A stretch of DNA of 64,000 nucleotides from the IMG/VR virus record IMGVR_UViG_3300049822_000176, positions 1 through 64,000 of that record. One strand, written 5' to 3'. The translations under genes and the position numbers were made by a program. Below, piece by piece: positions 42,711-51,350 of the stretch (position 1 is its first letter; each line of letters starts with the position of its first letter). Under the pieces are notes generated by a model. It saw only the letters and a program-made list of their open reading frames with translations. It ran no database searches and had not been told where the DNA came from. The stretch comes from a virus.

Positions 42711-42854
42711 TCAGTCGGCGTAGGTCATGCGGCGGTCGTAACCACGGCACTCGCAGTCGCAGTTGTGGGAGCGCTCGCAGGGGCACGGCTCGCAGCAGTA
42801 GTGCGTTCCGCAGTCACGGCAGTGCGAGCCGTTGCAGTCCTCGCAGCGGTCCAT
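42711..42854 (-). CDS. Cys-rich micro-protein (47 aa, 11 Cys)
   Basis: Below the track cutoff. The ATG shares 1 nt with the upstream TGA. It reads MDRCEDCNGSHCRDCGTHYCCEPCPCERSHNCDCECRGYDRRMTYAD. Confidence 0.5.
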   Translation of the reverse strand: MDRCEDCNGSHCRDCGTHYCCEPCPCERSHNCDCECRGYDRRMTYAD

Positions 42855-43117
42855 CAGACGGCGCTCCCGGCGTGCGTGGGGCAGAAGTCGTCGCCGTCGT
42901 CCGTGTACTCCCAGCCCTCGTTCTGCACGAGGTGGGTGCGGGCGACGTCCAGGCGTTCCCCGGGGCTCATCTCGGCGCTGACCATGTACTCGCCGGTGTT
43001 CTCGACACCGCAGTGGTCGCAGAACACGGTGATACGGGTGGGGTAGCGGGGGTCGTCCATGTCGCGGACGATCGCGTTGACCTCGTCGGGGGTGAGGGTG
43101 TTGGGCTGGTCGGTCAT
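42854..43117 (-). CDS. hypothetical protein
   Basis: 87 aa ORF-track frame with a CDHCG...CPTH motif. Confidence 0.6.
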   Translation of the reverse strand: MTDQPNTLTPDEVNAIVRDMDDPRYPTRITVFCDHCGVENTGEYMVSAEMSPGERLDVARTHLVQNEGWEYTDDGDDFCPTHAGSAV

Positions 43118-43179
43118 CGTGGTCTCCTTGTCCCAGCCCCGCCGGTTTCCGCCCGGCGGGGCGTTGTCGTGTGGGCGGG

Positions 43180-43509
43180 TCAGCGGTAGTTGTGGATCAG
43201 CAGCCAGGCGGGTGCCGGATGGTCTGCGTACTCGAGGCGGACGGCGACGTCGTGGAGGGCCGTGTCCCAGGCGGTCGTCTCGTCGGTCTTGGCGAGGGAG
43301 TCGGCGGTGAGACGGACGACGGTGTTCTCGTCGGCGCTGGTGTAGCGGGTGACGAGGAGCAGCCGGTCGTAGTCGCCCATGACGATGTGGCCGACGCTGT
43401 CCTTGAGCAGGTCGGGGCCGTCACCGATGACCTTGTCGAGCTGGTCGATGTCGGTGTCGGCGGGGATCTCGAATCCGTAGGCGAGAGCGACGGAGTGGTA
43501 GAGGCCCAT
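43180..43509 (-). CDS. hypothetical protein
   Basis: 109 aa from ATG 43509: MGLYHSVALAYGFEIPADTD... Confidence 0.6.
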   Translation of the reverse strand: MGLYHSVALAYGFEIPADTDIDQLDKVIGDGPDLLKDSVGHIVMGDYDRLLLVTRYTSADENTVVRLTADSLAKTDETTAWDTALHDVAVRLEYADHPAPAWLLIHNYR

Positions 43510-43688
43510 CAGGTGTCCTTCCTGGCCGGGCATTGGTCCCGGTGTGTGTGGGTGGGGTCGGAGGTGACGAGGTCGATGACCCGGTGTTTGCCGGTGGCTC
43601 GGCGGTGGGCGAGGCACCAGCCGCACAGCCAGTCCGCGACCGGAACCTGACCTGCACGCACATGCAGCCCGCCGAGCCACGCGGTCAC
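43509..43688 (-). CDS. small hypothetical protein (59 aa)
   Basis: GTG 43688 in a GTGA overlap, with a WLCGWCLAH motif. Confidence 0.4.
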   Translation of the reverse strand: MTAWLGGLHVRAGQVPVADWLCGWCLAHRRATGKHRVIDLVTSDPTHTHRDQCPARKDT

Positions 43689-44251
43689 CGCGGAACCAGG
43701 ACCTTCGTCGTGCCCGTGCGGCGCAGCCGGTTGTCGGCGTCCGTGTTCGCCTGACGGCACGGCTGACAGATCGGCGTCTTCTCCCGCACGTGCTTCTGAT
43801 AGCCGGACCGCGTCCCGCACTTGGCGGGCTCCCGCTTCTCCCGTGCCTGCCGGTACTCGGCCGACCGTGCGGTGTGCGCGGCGCGGCAGGCGTCGTCGAT
43901 GGGCTCGCCGAGCTTGGAGTGCCGGTCGTATGCGGACGCGGTCCCGCACTCGGCGCGCGGCCGGCCGCCCTTGCGGGGCGGGACCGTTTCGCCGTCGGCG
44001 ACTCGGCGCCGCAGCATGGCGCGGCGTTCGGCTTCCGACTTGCCGCCCCACACGCCCCACTCCTGGCCGGAGTCGAGGGCCCACGCGAGGCACACCGCCC
44101 GGACCGGGCAGCCAGCGCACACCGACTTGGCGAGCTCGACGCCCGCCGTGCTCGTCTCGAACATCAGGTCCGCGTCGTCACGGCAGGCCGCACTGTCACG
44201 CCAGTCCGGTGCGCGTCGGGTGTCGGGGACAGCCCCGGTGTACGCGGTCAT
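43685..44251 (-). CDS. WhiB-like (Wbl) Fe-S transcription factor with C-terminal repeat extension
   Basis: 188 aa. AACRDDADLMF...CAGCPVRAVCLAWAL...WGVWGG is the Wbl signature. It is followed by two CGT-x-SGY-x-H...C-x2-C repeats. Confidence 0.8.
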   Translation of the reverse strand: MTAYTGAVPDTRRAPDWRDSAACRDDADLMFETSTAGVELAKSVCAGCPVRAVCLAWALDSGQEWGVWGGKSEAERRAMLRRRVADGETVPPRKGGRPRAECGTASAYDRHSKLGEPIDDACRAAHTARSAEYRQAREKREPAKCGTRSGYQKHVREKTPICQPCRQANTDADNRLRRTGTTKVLVPR

Positions 44252-45036
44252 GCGGCGCTCCTCTGCTGGCGCAGGATTCCGGTCACGGTGGAGAAGGCCA
44301 TCCCGAGCCGAGCGGCGATCTCATCGGCGGGGACGTTGAAGCCAGCCAGATGCTCGACTTCCTGACGGCGCAGCTCAGCGAGCGCGTTCCGCTTCACGTC
44401 GTGTTCGTCGTGCACGTCCTGCGGTTGGGCGTGCGGGTCGTCGATGTCGTCCCACGCCATCGGCCCATGCCAGCCCCGCGACGCGGCCATCGTGCGGGCC
44501 TGCTCGGCGAACCGGGTGCGCGGCGCCGGATGCTGCGACAGCTCCCGGTAGGCGCTGGCTACGGCATTCGCGGTTGCGAGGCGGACGGTTTCCCAGCGGC
44601 CGTCGACGATCTCGTACAGGCCGCGGTTGATGATGTGGCTGCGGCGGGCGATGTCGGGCAGGGTGTGGCCGAGGGTCATGAGGGCTTGGAGGCGGCGGCG
44701 GGTTCCGGTCGCGTTGACGAAGCCGCGTGAGATCGGCGGTGTCTGGTCGAGGCGGATGTTGAGGATGGCTGCGGCTGTGGTCCTTTGGACGCCTTTGAAC
44801 CGGCCGGACAGGACGATGGAGATGGTGGCCTGGTGGAGGCCGCTGGCGGCGGCGATCTGGTCTTGGGTCCAGCCGCGGGCGATGAGGCGTTCGAGGTGGG
44901 TTCGCGGTTGGGTGGCGTCGATGCGTCGGGGGATGTTGTTGGAGCGTTCGTAGGCTCGGCGGATGCGGAAGCTGGTGCAGGGTTTGCAGTCGCATTTCGC
45001 GGCGATGGCGCGGGTGTAGGTGCCGTGGGCGCTCAT
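44248..45036 (-). CDS. multi-HTH DNA-binding regulator
   Basis: 262 aa with three HTH-like segments, including a C-terminal ADEIAARLGMAFSTVTGILRQ (sigma region 4/LuxR-like). Confidence 0.6.
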   Translation of the reverse strand: MSAHGTYTRAIAAKCDCKPCTSFRIRRAYERSNNIPRRIDATQPRTHLERLIARGWTQDQIAAASGLHQATISIVLSGRFKGVQRTTAAAILNIRLDQTPPISRGFVNATGTRRRLQALMTLGHTLPDIARRSHIINRGLYEIVDGRWETVRLATANAVASAYRELSQHPAPRTRFAEQARTMAASRGWHGPMAWDDIDDPHAQPQDVHDEHDVKRNALAELRRQEVEHLAGFNVPADEIAARLGMAFSTVTGILRQQRSAA

Positions 45037-46445
45037 ACGGCGACCCCCGCGCGTGCAGCCAACAGCGGGAGAGCCGCCGCAGCCTGGACGGAGACGACGC
45101 CGTTACCGAGGGCCTTCAGCATCGCCCTCCGCGACAGGCCCGGAACGCCCGTCACATGCCCGTCGTCGAGGCCCTGCATCCACTCGACGAACAGCGGCGC
45201 CAGGCGCCCGTTCTCGTCGACCGGGGCTGGCGCGGCGCGGCCTGTCACTTGTTCCCACCGGTGGATGGCGGGGGCGTAGCGGCCCCAAGATGCTCGATCA
45301 CATCCGCAATCGACGGCTGATGCCCCCCCGCCCGTCGTTTCGCCGGGTGCTGCGTGCCGCCGTTCGTCGCGAGGTTCGCTGTGGGTGTCGGCAGCAGTGA
45401 GGGTGCCGACGGCGGTGCGGAGGTCGGGTCCTCCGTTACCGTGCTGCCCCCCCCGTTTGAGTCCGAGGTTCGCGGCGTGGGCAGTAGCGGAGTCCCGAGC
45501 GGCAGCACCACTTGCGACAGCGGCGGCCGGAAGCCTTCGCTCGCCCGCCGGCCCGGCGTGCCCGTATCGCTCGCGCGTGGGGTCGGCAGGAGATGCGCCA
45601 CCGTCGCCGACAGGGCGAGGTCGCCCTTCGAGCCGCGCTGGTTCGGGCCGCCCTGGTTCGGGCCGCCCTTCTCCCCGTCCGACGCCCTGGGCGTCGGAAG
45701 CAGCTTCGCCAGCGAGTCCAGCGACGGCCGAACGGCCGCGTCCGCTGACGGCGACTGGTTGTTCCCATACGGTGTCGCGGTCGGGGTGGGCAGCATCCGC
45801 AGCGTCTCGTGCAGGCCGTCCTTGCCGCCCGTCTTCCAGTCCCGGGCTCGGGGCGTGGGCAGGCCAGGCGAGGATGAAGACCCGGCGGCGTTTGTGGCAG
45901 GCACCGACAGCGGACGCGTCCAGACTCGTCCACTCCGCATCGAACCCGAGGCCGGCCAGGTCTGCGAGTACGGCTCCGAGTGCCCGCAGAGGAGGTTCAT
46001 CTCCGGGGTCTCCCAGACACCACGGGCACGGTTCCACGTAGCCATCGGCAGGGGAGGAGAGAAGTCCGGGCACATTCTCGATCACCACCAGGGAGGGTCG
46101 AAGGATGGAAATGGTGCGGGCGCAGTGGCGCCACAGGCCGGAGCGGTTGCCGTCGAGGAGCCCGGCGCGCTGGCCGGCGACGGATACGTCCTGGCAGGGG
46201 AAGCCCATGGTCAGAACGTCGATGGGTGGGACCTGGTCCCAGTCGATGGCGGTGACGTCGCCGAGGTTGGGCACGTTGGGGTAGTGGTGGGCGAGGATCG
46301 CGGCGGCCCCGGGGTCGTTGTCTGCGACCCATACGAGTTCGCCGCCGAACACGCGCTGCACGGCGTCGTCGAGGCCGCCGTAGCCGGTGCAGACGGAGCC
46401 GATGCGTACAGCCGGCCGACCGCTTGGGTGGCGGGTGTCAGGCAT
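45033..46445 (-). CDS. DNA (cytosine-5) methyltransferase; central target-recognition part appears out of frame
   Basis: Motifs seen are CTGYGGLD (I), GFPCQDVS (IV), ENVPGL (VI), HKRRRVFILA (VIII) and LKALGNGVV (X). The stretch from about 45290 to 45845 is R/G/A/P junk in this frame. The +1 frame (track ORF 45245..46075) carries six LLPTPxxxD-type repeats. Confidence 0.75.
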   Translation of the reverse strand: MPDTRHPSGRPAVRIGSVCTGYGGLDDAVQRVFGGELVWVADNDPGAAAILAHHYPNVPNLGDVTAIDWDQVPPIDVLTMGFPCQDVSVAGQRAGLLDGNRSGLWRHCARTISILRPSLVVIENVPGLLSSPADGYVEPCPWCLGDPGDEPPLRALGAVLADLAGLGFDAEWTSLDASAVGACHKRRRVFILAWPAHAPSPGLEDGRQGRPARDAADAAHPDRDTVWEQPVAVSGRGRSAVAGLAGEAASDAQGVGRGEGRPEPGRPEPARLEGRPRPVGDGGASPADPTRERYGHAGPAGERRLPAAAVASGAAARDSATAHAANLGLKRGGQHGNGGPDLRTAVGTLTAADTHSEPRDERRHAAPGETTGGGASAVDCGCDRASWGRYAPAIHRWEQVTGRAAPAPVDENGRLAPLFVEWMQGLDDGHVTGVPGLSRRAMLKALGNGVVSVQAAAALPLLAARAGVAV

Positions 46446-46623
46446 TGCCGCGCTCCTTGGGTGCGGGCATGTGGGCCCAGGTGGCACGGACCTTCTTGTC
46501 GTTGGCGTAGTTCTCGACGGTGGTGAGGCCGCGTGCGATGTCGGCGCGGCGTGTGCGGTACGCGGCGACCGCAAAGAGGGTGATGCCGAGGAGGCACCAT
46601 CCGGCGACGACGATGACGGTCAC
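46438..46623 (-). CDS. small membrane protein (61 aa)
   Basis: GTG 46623 in a GTGA overlap: VTVIVVAGWCLLGITLFAVAAY... Confidence 0.45.
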   Translation of the reverse strand: MTVIVVAGWCLLGITLFAVAAYRTRRADIARGLTTVENYANDKKVRATWAHMPAPKERGNA

Positions 46624-46850
46624 AGGACGCCTCCCCAGGTGGTGGTGACGGTGATGTGCTGGCCGCAGCCTGGGCACGGGACGGCGAGTTCTTGCGCGGG
46701 GATCAACTCGTAGGCGGGCACCCACTCGACGACCGGCTCCGGGCGGCTGGGTGCGGGTTCGCCGCCGGTCACAGCCCAGCGGACGAGGAGGACCGCGGCG
46801 ACGAACGTGAGGGCTTCGACGGCGAGGCCGGCGTGCGCGGTGCCGGTCAT
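46620..46850 (-). CDS. small membrane protein (76 aa) with CPGCG motif
   Basis: ATG 46850 in an ATGA overlap. Confidence 0.5.
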   Translation of the reverse strand: MTGTAHAGLAVEALTFVAAVLLVRWAVTGGEPAPSRPEPVVEWVPAYELIPAQELAVPCPGCGQHITVTTTWGGVL

Positions 46851-47248
46851 GTCGTGGCCTGCTTCGGGTCCTGGTAGCCGGGCTGCCAGCTGCTCGAGTC
46901 GACCGGCCGCGCGCCGGCGAGTCCGACGGCGTTGTCGTACTGCTTCTGCAGCTGATCTGCGCGTCGCTTCTCCCGCTTCAGCTCCGCCCGCAGCTGTCCG
47001 GCGAGGCTGTCGGAGGCGTCGGCTCGAGCGGCGGCAAGGTCTTCGGTGAGGCGTGTGTTGACGAGGGACACGGCGGTGTACTTCTCGTCGAGGTCCGTGT
47101 ACTGGTGGAGGATCCGTTCCCGGTTGAAGACCGCGGTCTCCATGTTCTTGATCGCCTTGTTGCGTTGGGTACGGAGTCGGGCGGTTTCCGCGCGGGCGGC
47201 AGCAAGGTCGTCCTCGTGGCGGCGGCGGGAGATGAAGGGAAGCCTCAT
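46847..47248 (-). CDS. coiled-coil hypothetical protein
   Basis: 133 aa from ATG 47248 (ATGA overlap). Confidence 0.55.
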   Translation of the reverse strand: MRLPFISRRRHEDDLAAARAETARLRTQRNKAIKNMETAVFNRERILHQYTDLDEKYTAVSLVNTRLTEDLAAARADASDSLAGQLRAELKREKRRADQLQKQYDNAVGLAGARPVDSSSWQPGYQDPKQATT

Positions 47249-47955
47249 GCGGCACCGCCTGCCAGGCACAGCGGCCACGACCCGTCGATGACCGCGGTCG
47301 GGTCCTTCTGCCTCAGGTAGTCCTGGAAGGAGGCGGCCTGCTCCGCAGCCCACACGGTCTGTGCCTTGTGCAAGCCGTCGAGGTCGAGTTCCGCAAGGCG
47401 TGGATACCGGCTGCCCAGACGCCACGCGACCCGGCATGCGGCGATCGCGTCGGCGTCCGCGGAGTGCGCGCCGTCGAGGGGCACGTCATAGTGCGCGCAC
47501 AGGTCAGTGAGGGTCCGCTTCCCCGGCCGGTACGTGTCGACCTGCTTGTCGAGAACGCGGGGATCGATCACCCGTAGGCGGCCCTCTTCGTAGTCCGCCA
47601 GCGGGAACACGCGATGCCGTCGGGCCTCACGATCCAGCATGGTCAGATCGAACGGCGCGTTCATCGCCACGATCGGGATGCCGGAGTTGAGGGCCTGCGC
47701 GAGGGCTTGGACGACCTGCTGAACGACCTCGCCCGCGGGCTGCCCTTCCGCCTTCGCCTGCTCGGTCGTGACGCCGTGCACTGCTGCGGCGGCTTCCGGG
47801 ATGTCGACGCCGGGGTTGGCGAGCCAGGTCGTCGACTGGGTGGGGTGCTTGCCGCCGCACAGGACGACGCACGCGGTGACGATGCGATCGGTCTCGACGT
47901 CGACGCCGGTGGTCTCCAGGTCGAATCCGCAGAGACGGCCGAGATGCCAGCTCAT
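47245..47955 (-). CDS. DnaQ-like (DEDDh) 3'-5' exonuclease
   Basis: 236 aa with GFDLETTG (ExoI), NAPFDL (ExoII) and HSADADA (ExoIII). Confidence 0.8.
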   Translation of the reverse strand: MSWHLGRLCGFDLETTGVDVETDRIVTACVVLCGGKHPTQSTTWLANPGVDIPEAAAAVHGVTTEQAKAEGQPAGEVVQQVVQALAQALNSGIPIVAMNAPFDLTMLDREARRHRVFPLADYEEGRLRVIDPRVLDKQVDTYRPGKRTLTDLCAHYDVPLDGAHSADADAIAACRVAWRLGSRYPRLAELDLDGLHKAQTVWAAEQAASFQDYLRQKDPTAVIDGSWPLCLAGGAA

Positions 47956-48046
47956 GTGGTTCTCCGTTCAGGGGTTGGTGTGGTGTGCTGTGGGGTGGCC
48001 GACCCGCCTGATTTCGGCGGGCGGGTCGGCCACCACTTCGGAAGGG

Positions 48047-48928
48047 CTACTGGCCGGAACCGGGCTGTGCCGCGGCCGGCCACTGCGCCGGGGCGTGGTC
48101 CTCGTCGACGAACTCGCCCTCAATCGGGCCGTCCTCCTCGCCGTCGTCGCCGTCGTCCGGGAGGTCGGCGGAAGGCTGCGGCAGCGGCGGCGCGAACCCG
48201 GCCGGAAGTTCAGCGGCAACCTCGGCCTGTGCACGCATCTGCTCGCGCATGTACTCGGCGCTGGTGGGCACCCACTTGGCGAGGCGACGCGCGGCGGTCT
48301 TCAACCACATCGCTTCCTCGTTGGTGTTCCACGGGGAGAAGTCGCTGTTGCGGCCGTCGGACTTGGCCTTGGCGTCCATGACCTGCTGCCGGTTGAGGAT
48401 GACGACCTTCGACGTGGCGCCGTCCTTCATGACGGCGTAGGCGTACACGCCGACGAGATCTCCGCGCTCGCCGCTGAACCAGTTCACGTCGTGCACGGGT
48501 CGTTCGTCACGGCCGATGACGTACCGGAACGTGTCGTTGGCTCGGACCGTCTCGACGACCACCGACGACACAGCGCCCGCGCGGTAGATCAGTTCGACGA
48601 TGCCTTGGTAGCCGACGATGCCCTTGATGATTTTCTGGCCGCGGTGGGCTTTCGACTTGCGGGGCGTCAGGTAGAACTGCTCGGTGCCCGGCTCCAGGCC
48701 GAGACGGGCCGCGGTCTTCAGCTCCCGCAGGAACACGCCGACGTCGTTCTGTGCGGCCTGCTCGAGGTCGCGGTTGCCGCGGATGGCACCGACTGCGAGA
48801 CGCACCCACATGTCGGCGTTGACGTGGGAGGGGACAAGCGCGGCGTATTCGGCCTTGTACTGCTCGACCATCGCGCCGGGGCTGTTGTCGCGGACGGCGA
48901 CGGCGTTGGAGACGGTGTTGTCGGTCAT
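48047..48928 (-). CDS. recT: RecT-family single-strand annealing protein
   Basis: 293 aa from ATG 48928 (ATGA overlap). LKTAARLGLEPGTEQFYLTP...GIVGYQGIVELIYRAG is RecT-like, with an acidic tail. Confidence 0.75.
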   Translation of the reverse strand: MTDNTVSNAVAVRDNSPGAMVEQYKAEYAALVPSHVNADMWVRLAVGAIRGNRDLEQAAQNDVGVFLRELKTAARLGLEPGTEQFYLTPRKSKAHRGQKIIKGIVGYQGIVELIYRAGAVSSVVVETVRANDTFRYVIGRDERPVHDVNWFSGERGDLVGVYAYAVMKDGATSKVVILNRQQVMDAKAKSDGRNSDFSPWNTNEEAMWLKTAARRLAKWVPTSAEYMREQMRAQAEVAAELPAGFAPPLPQPSADLPDDGDDGEEDGPIEGEFVDEDHAPAQWPAAAQPGSGQ

Positions 48929-49824
48929 CGGGCGTTCCTTCGGGTACGGGCCGGCATGAGGGAGTAGGTGGATCCGTTGCGGACCTGGCGGGTGGCGATC
49001 CGGGCGCGTTCGCACACAGCGCGCTGCCCGGTACCAATCGCGTCGAGGAGCAGGCCCTTGCAGGCAGTCAGCTCGTCCTCCGCCGCCCACGCCGCGTCCT
49101 GCGCCGCATAGAAGCGGTCACGCAGCAGCGTGGTGATCTCGACATCGATCGGGTCGAGACCCTCGGGGATCTCTCGGATCGCCTGATAGGTGGCGGAGTG
49201 GCCGTCGATGTCCGGACGGTTGTTGCGGGCGAGGTCGTCCATGAAGCGGGCGCCGGCCTCACGCAGGAGCAGGGCTTCGTCCGCGTCGTAGTCGACGGCG
49301 TACTCGCGGTATTCCGACCCGGCGATCAGTACGCCCACCCAGCAGCGGCGGGTGCCGGTGACGTCCATGTAGTGGAGGCACTGGGCGCGGTAGTGGACGG
49401 GGATTTGGTCGGTGCCCTCCTCGCCCCAGCCTTCGCTGTCGCGGGCGGTCTTCGCTTCGAAGAGGTCCGGTCCGGCGTGACGGTCGGGGTTGGCGATCTG
49501 CCACGGCCGGTCGGGGTGGCAGTAGGTGGGTGCGGGTGTGACGTCGAGGTCGGGGTGTTCGCGGGCGAAGCGGCGGCAGATGGCGGGCTCGTGTTCCTTG
49601 CCCCAGTACATTTCCTCGGATTCTTCGACGGGGGCGATGAGGTTCTTCTTGCGGTGCCAGAGGGAGAACGCCGACTCGTAGGGGGAGAGACCGAGGACGG
49701 CGGCGATCTCGCTGCCGCCGATGCCGTTGGCGCGGGCGGCGTGCCAGTCGTCGGAGCCGGGCTCGAAGTGGCCCAGGACGACCGGGCCGGCGGCCGGGGC
49801 TTCGGTCTGCACGGTGGCGGTCAC
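48925..49824 (-). CDS. YqaJ-type (lambda Exo-like) recombination exonuclease
   Basis: 299 aa. GIGGSEIAAVLGLSPYESAFSLWHRK is the typical YqaJ N-terminal motif. It is paired with recT. Confidence 0.75.
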   Translation of the reverse strand: MTATVQTEAPAAGPVVLGHFEPGSDDWHAARANGIGGSEIAAVLGLSPYESAFSLWHRKKNLIAPVEESEEMYWGKEHEPAICRRFAREHPDLDVTPAPTYCHPDRPWQIANPDRHAGPDLFEAKTARDSEGWGEEGTDQIPVHYRAQCLHYMDVTGTRRCWVGVLIAGSEYREYAVDYDADEALLLREAGARFMDDLARNNRPDIDGHSATYQAIREIPEGLDPIDVEITTLLRDRFYAAQDAAWAAEDELTACKGLLLDAIGTGQRAVCERARIATRQVRNGSTYSLMPARTRRNAR

Positions 49825-50108
49825 CGGGCACCGCCGACGTAGCGGGCGTACACGCGGTACTCGCCGAACAGGGTGCGGGCTTCGGCTTCGTAGCCTCCGT
49901 CGGTGAACCCAGGCTTGAGGGAACGCCGAATCAGGTAGGCGGTCTGGCCCGCCATTCCTGGCGTTGCGTACCTGCCGAGGAGGGCCCAGACGCGCGGCCG
50001 TTCACGAAGTGCGGCGGCGAACGCGGTGAGGGACTCGGCCCGGCACAGCGGGTGCGGTGCGGGCTCTTCGAAGCGGACCGCGATCACGGGCGGTGCTGCG
50101 GCAGTCAT
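49821..50108 (-). CDS. hypothetical protein
   Basis: 95 aa from ATG 50108, which shares 1 nt with the upstream stop. Confidence 0.5.
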   Translation of the reverse strand: MTAAAPPVIAVRFEEPAPHPLCRAESLTAFAAALRERPRVWALLGRYATPGMAGQTAYLIRRSLKPGFTDGGYEAEARTLFGEYRVYARYVGGAR

Positions 50109-50308
50109 CAGCTGTCCTTTCGGTGGCAGGGGCAGGGGCAGGGCAGCCACGCGAGAGCGGCGACCGTGGCGAAGCAGCCGGCTCCGATACAGGCGGCGGT
50201 CGCGCCGGTTGGGCTGGAGATGGGGAGGAGGGACGCCGCCCACGTCACGCTGGTGGCGATGACGAACACAGCGATCACGTAGACGGCCTGGAGGAGGCGG
50301 TACCTCAC
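50108..50308 (-). CDS. small membrane protein (66 aa) with CPCPCH tail
   Basis: GTG 50308 in a GTGA overlap. Confidence 0.4.
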   Translation of the reverse strand: MRYRLLQAVYVIAVFVIATSVTWAASLLPISSPTGATAACIGAGCFATVAALAWLPCPCPCHRKDS

Positions 50309-50568
50309 TGGCCACCGCCCACGGCCACGTACCGGCGGTTGTTCTGCGCGCCGTGCTCCTGCACGAACCCGCGCCGGGTGAGGTGTTGGAGGTCTTTGCG
50401 GGCTGTGGTCCGGCACACGCCCCAGCCGCGTTCGCGGTAGAGGCGGGCAACCTCGCCGGTCTTCCACACCCCGCCGTCCTCGCGGAGCACGGTGAGGAGG
50501 TTTTGGTGCCGCTGGTTTTCGACGGACACCCGCTGCCGGTCAACGAGAACCTTCATCGCCGCACTCAC
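50305..50568 (-). CDS. winged-helix DNA-binding protein
   Basis: 87 aa. ...TGEVARLYRERGWGVCRTTARKDLQHLTRRGFV is wHTH-like. Confidence 0.55.
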   Translation of the reverse strand: MSAAMKVLVDRQRVSVENQRHQNLLTVLREDGGVWKTGEVARLYRERGWGVCRTTARKDLQHLTRRGFVQEHGAQNNRRYVAVGGGQ

Positions 50569-51350
50569 GAACCGTCACCCGTCTCGGTCCAGCCGCCGTG
50601 CTGCCAGTCGTCCGGGTCGAGGGCGATGGCGTACCAGTGATGGACGCCATCGACGCCGTAGACGGGGGCGAACTTCCAGCCGAGCGCCCGCCGCTCACCG
50701 GTACCGGGGCCAGCGCTGATGATGTCGCACCGGAACTTCAATGTGCCGCTGGCGTAGACGTGGCCCGGCCGGAAGAAGTCCGCCGGGGCGTCGGAGAGTT
50801 CGTCCTTGACCAGGCCGGACCGTTCGATCACCGCGGTAGCCGCGGCAAGGTATTGCGACACCAGCAGCAGCGCGCCCGACAGATCGTCAGTCAGCCGCCA
50901 CTCGCCGATACGCGCCCCCAGGACGTGCAGTTCGTGCCGCCCGGCCGCGCCTTTCAGCCAGATCAGTTCGCGCGGCGACAGCGGGTCGCCCGTACCCTGC
51001 CGAATCTCTGCGATCCGCTGATCGGCCGGGATGGATGCGGGGCACCAGGTGGGGTGCGCGGTCTCGTCGCAGGAGCAGACGCGCTCGGCGTAGATCGTTG
51101 CCGCGCGTTCCGGGTTGGCGATCCCATCCAAGCCGTCCTCGGCCAGCTCGGGGTTCTCTTCGACGAACTTGTCCGCCGCCGCGTCTCCGGCCGAGTAGCG
51201 CAGCAGGAACAGGAAGTCCGACAGTGCCTTCGCGCGTACCTCGGCCGCGTGCGCGTCCAGCATCTCCTCAGCGACGGCCTTTGCTTGCGTGTCGTCCGCG
51301 CTGGGCACCGCCCACCACAGACGCTCAGCAATCCGCTCCCGGGCGTTCAC
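50565..51350 (-). CDS. hypothetical protein
   Basis: 261 aa from GTG 51350 (GTGA overlap). Confidence 0.55.
   Translation of the reverse strand: MNARERIAERLWWAVPSADDTQAKAVAEEMLDAHAAEVRAKALSDFLFLLRYSAGDAAADKFVEENPELAEDGLDGIANPERAATIYAERVCSCDETAHPTWCPASIPADQRIAEIRQGTGDPLSPRELIWLKGAAGRHELHVLGARIGEWRLTDDLSGALLLVSQYLAAATAVIERSGLVKDELSDAPADFFRPGHVYASGTLKFRCDIISAGPGTGERRALGWKFAPVYGVDGVHHWYAIALDPDDWQHGGWTETGDGS

Noticed and set aside
45245-46075. The 276-aa +1-frame ORF as an independent overlapping gene inside the methyltransferase
   Set aside because: No RBS precedes either ATG (46075 or 46045), and its first 75 codons overlap canonical methyltransferase motifs VI-VIII in the other frame. A frame discontinuity within one gene explains it better.
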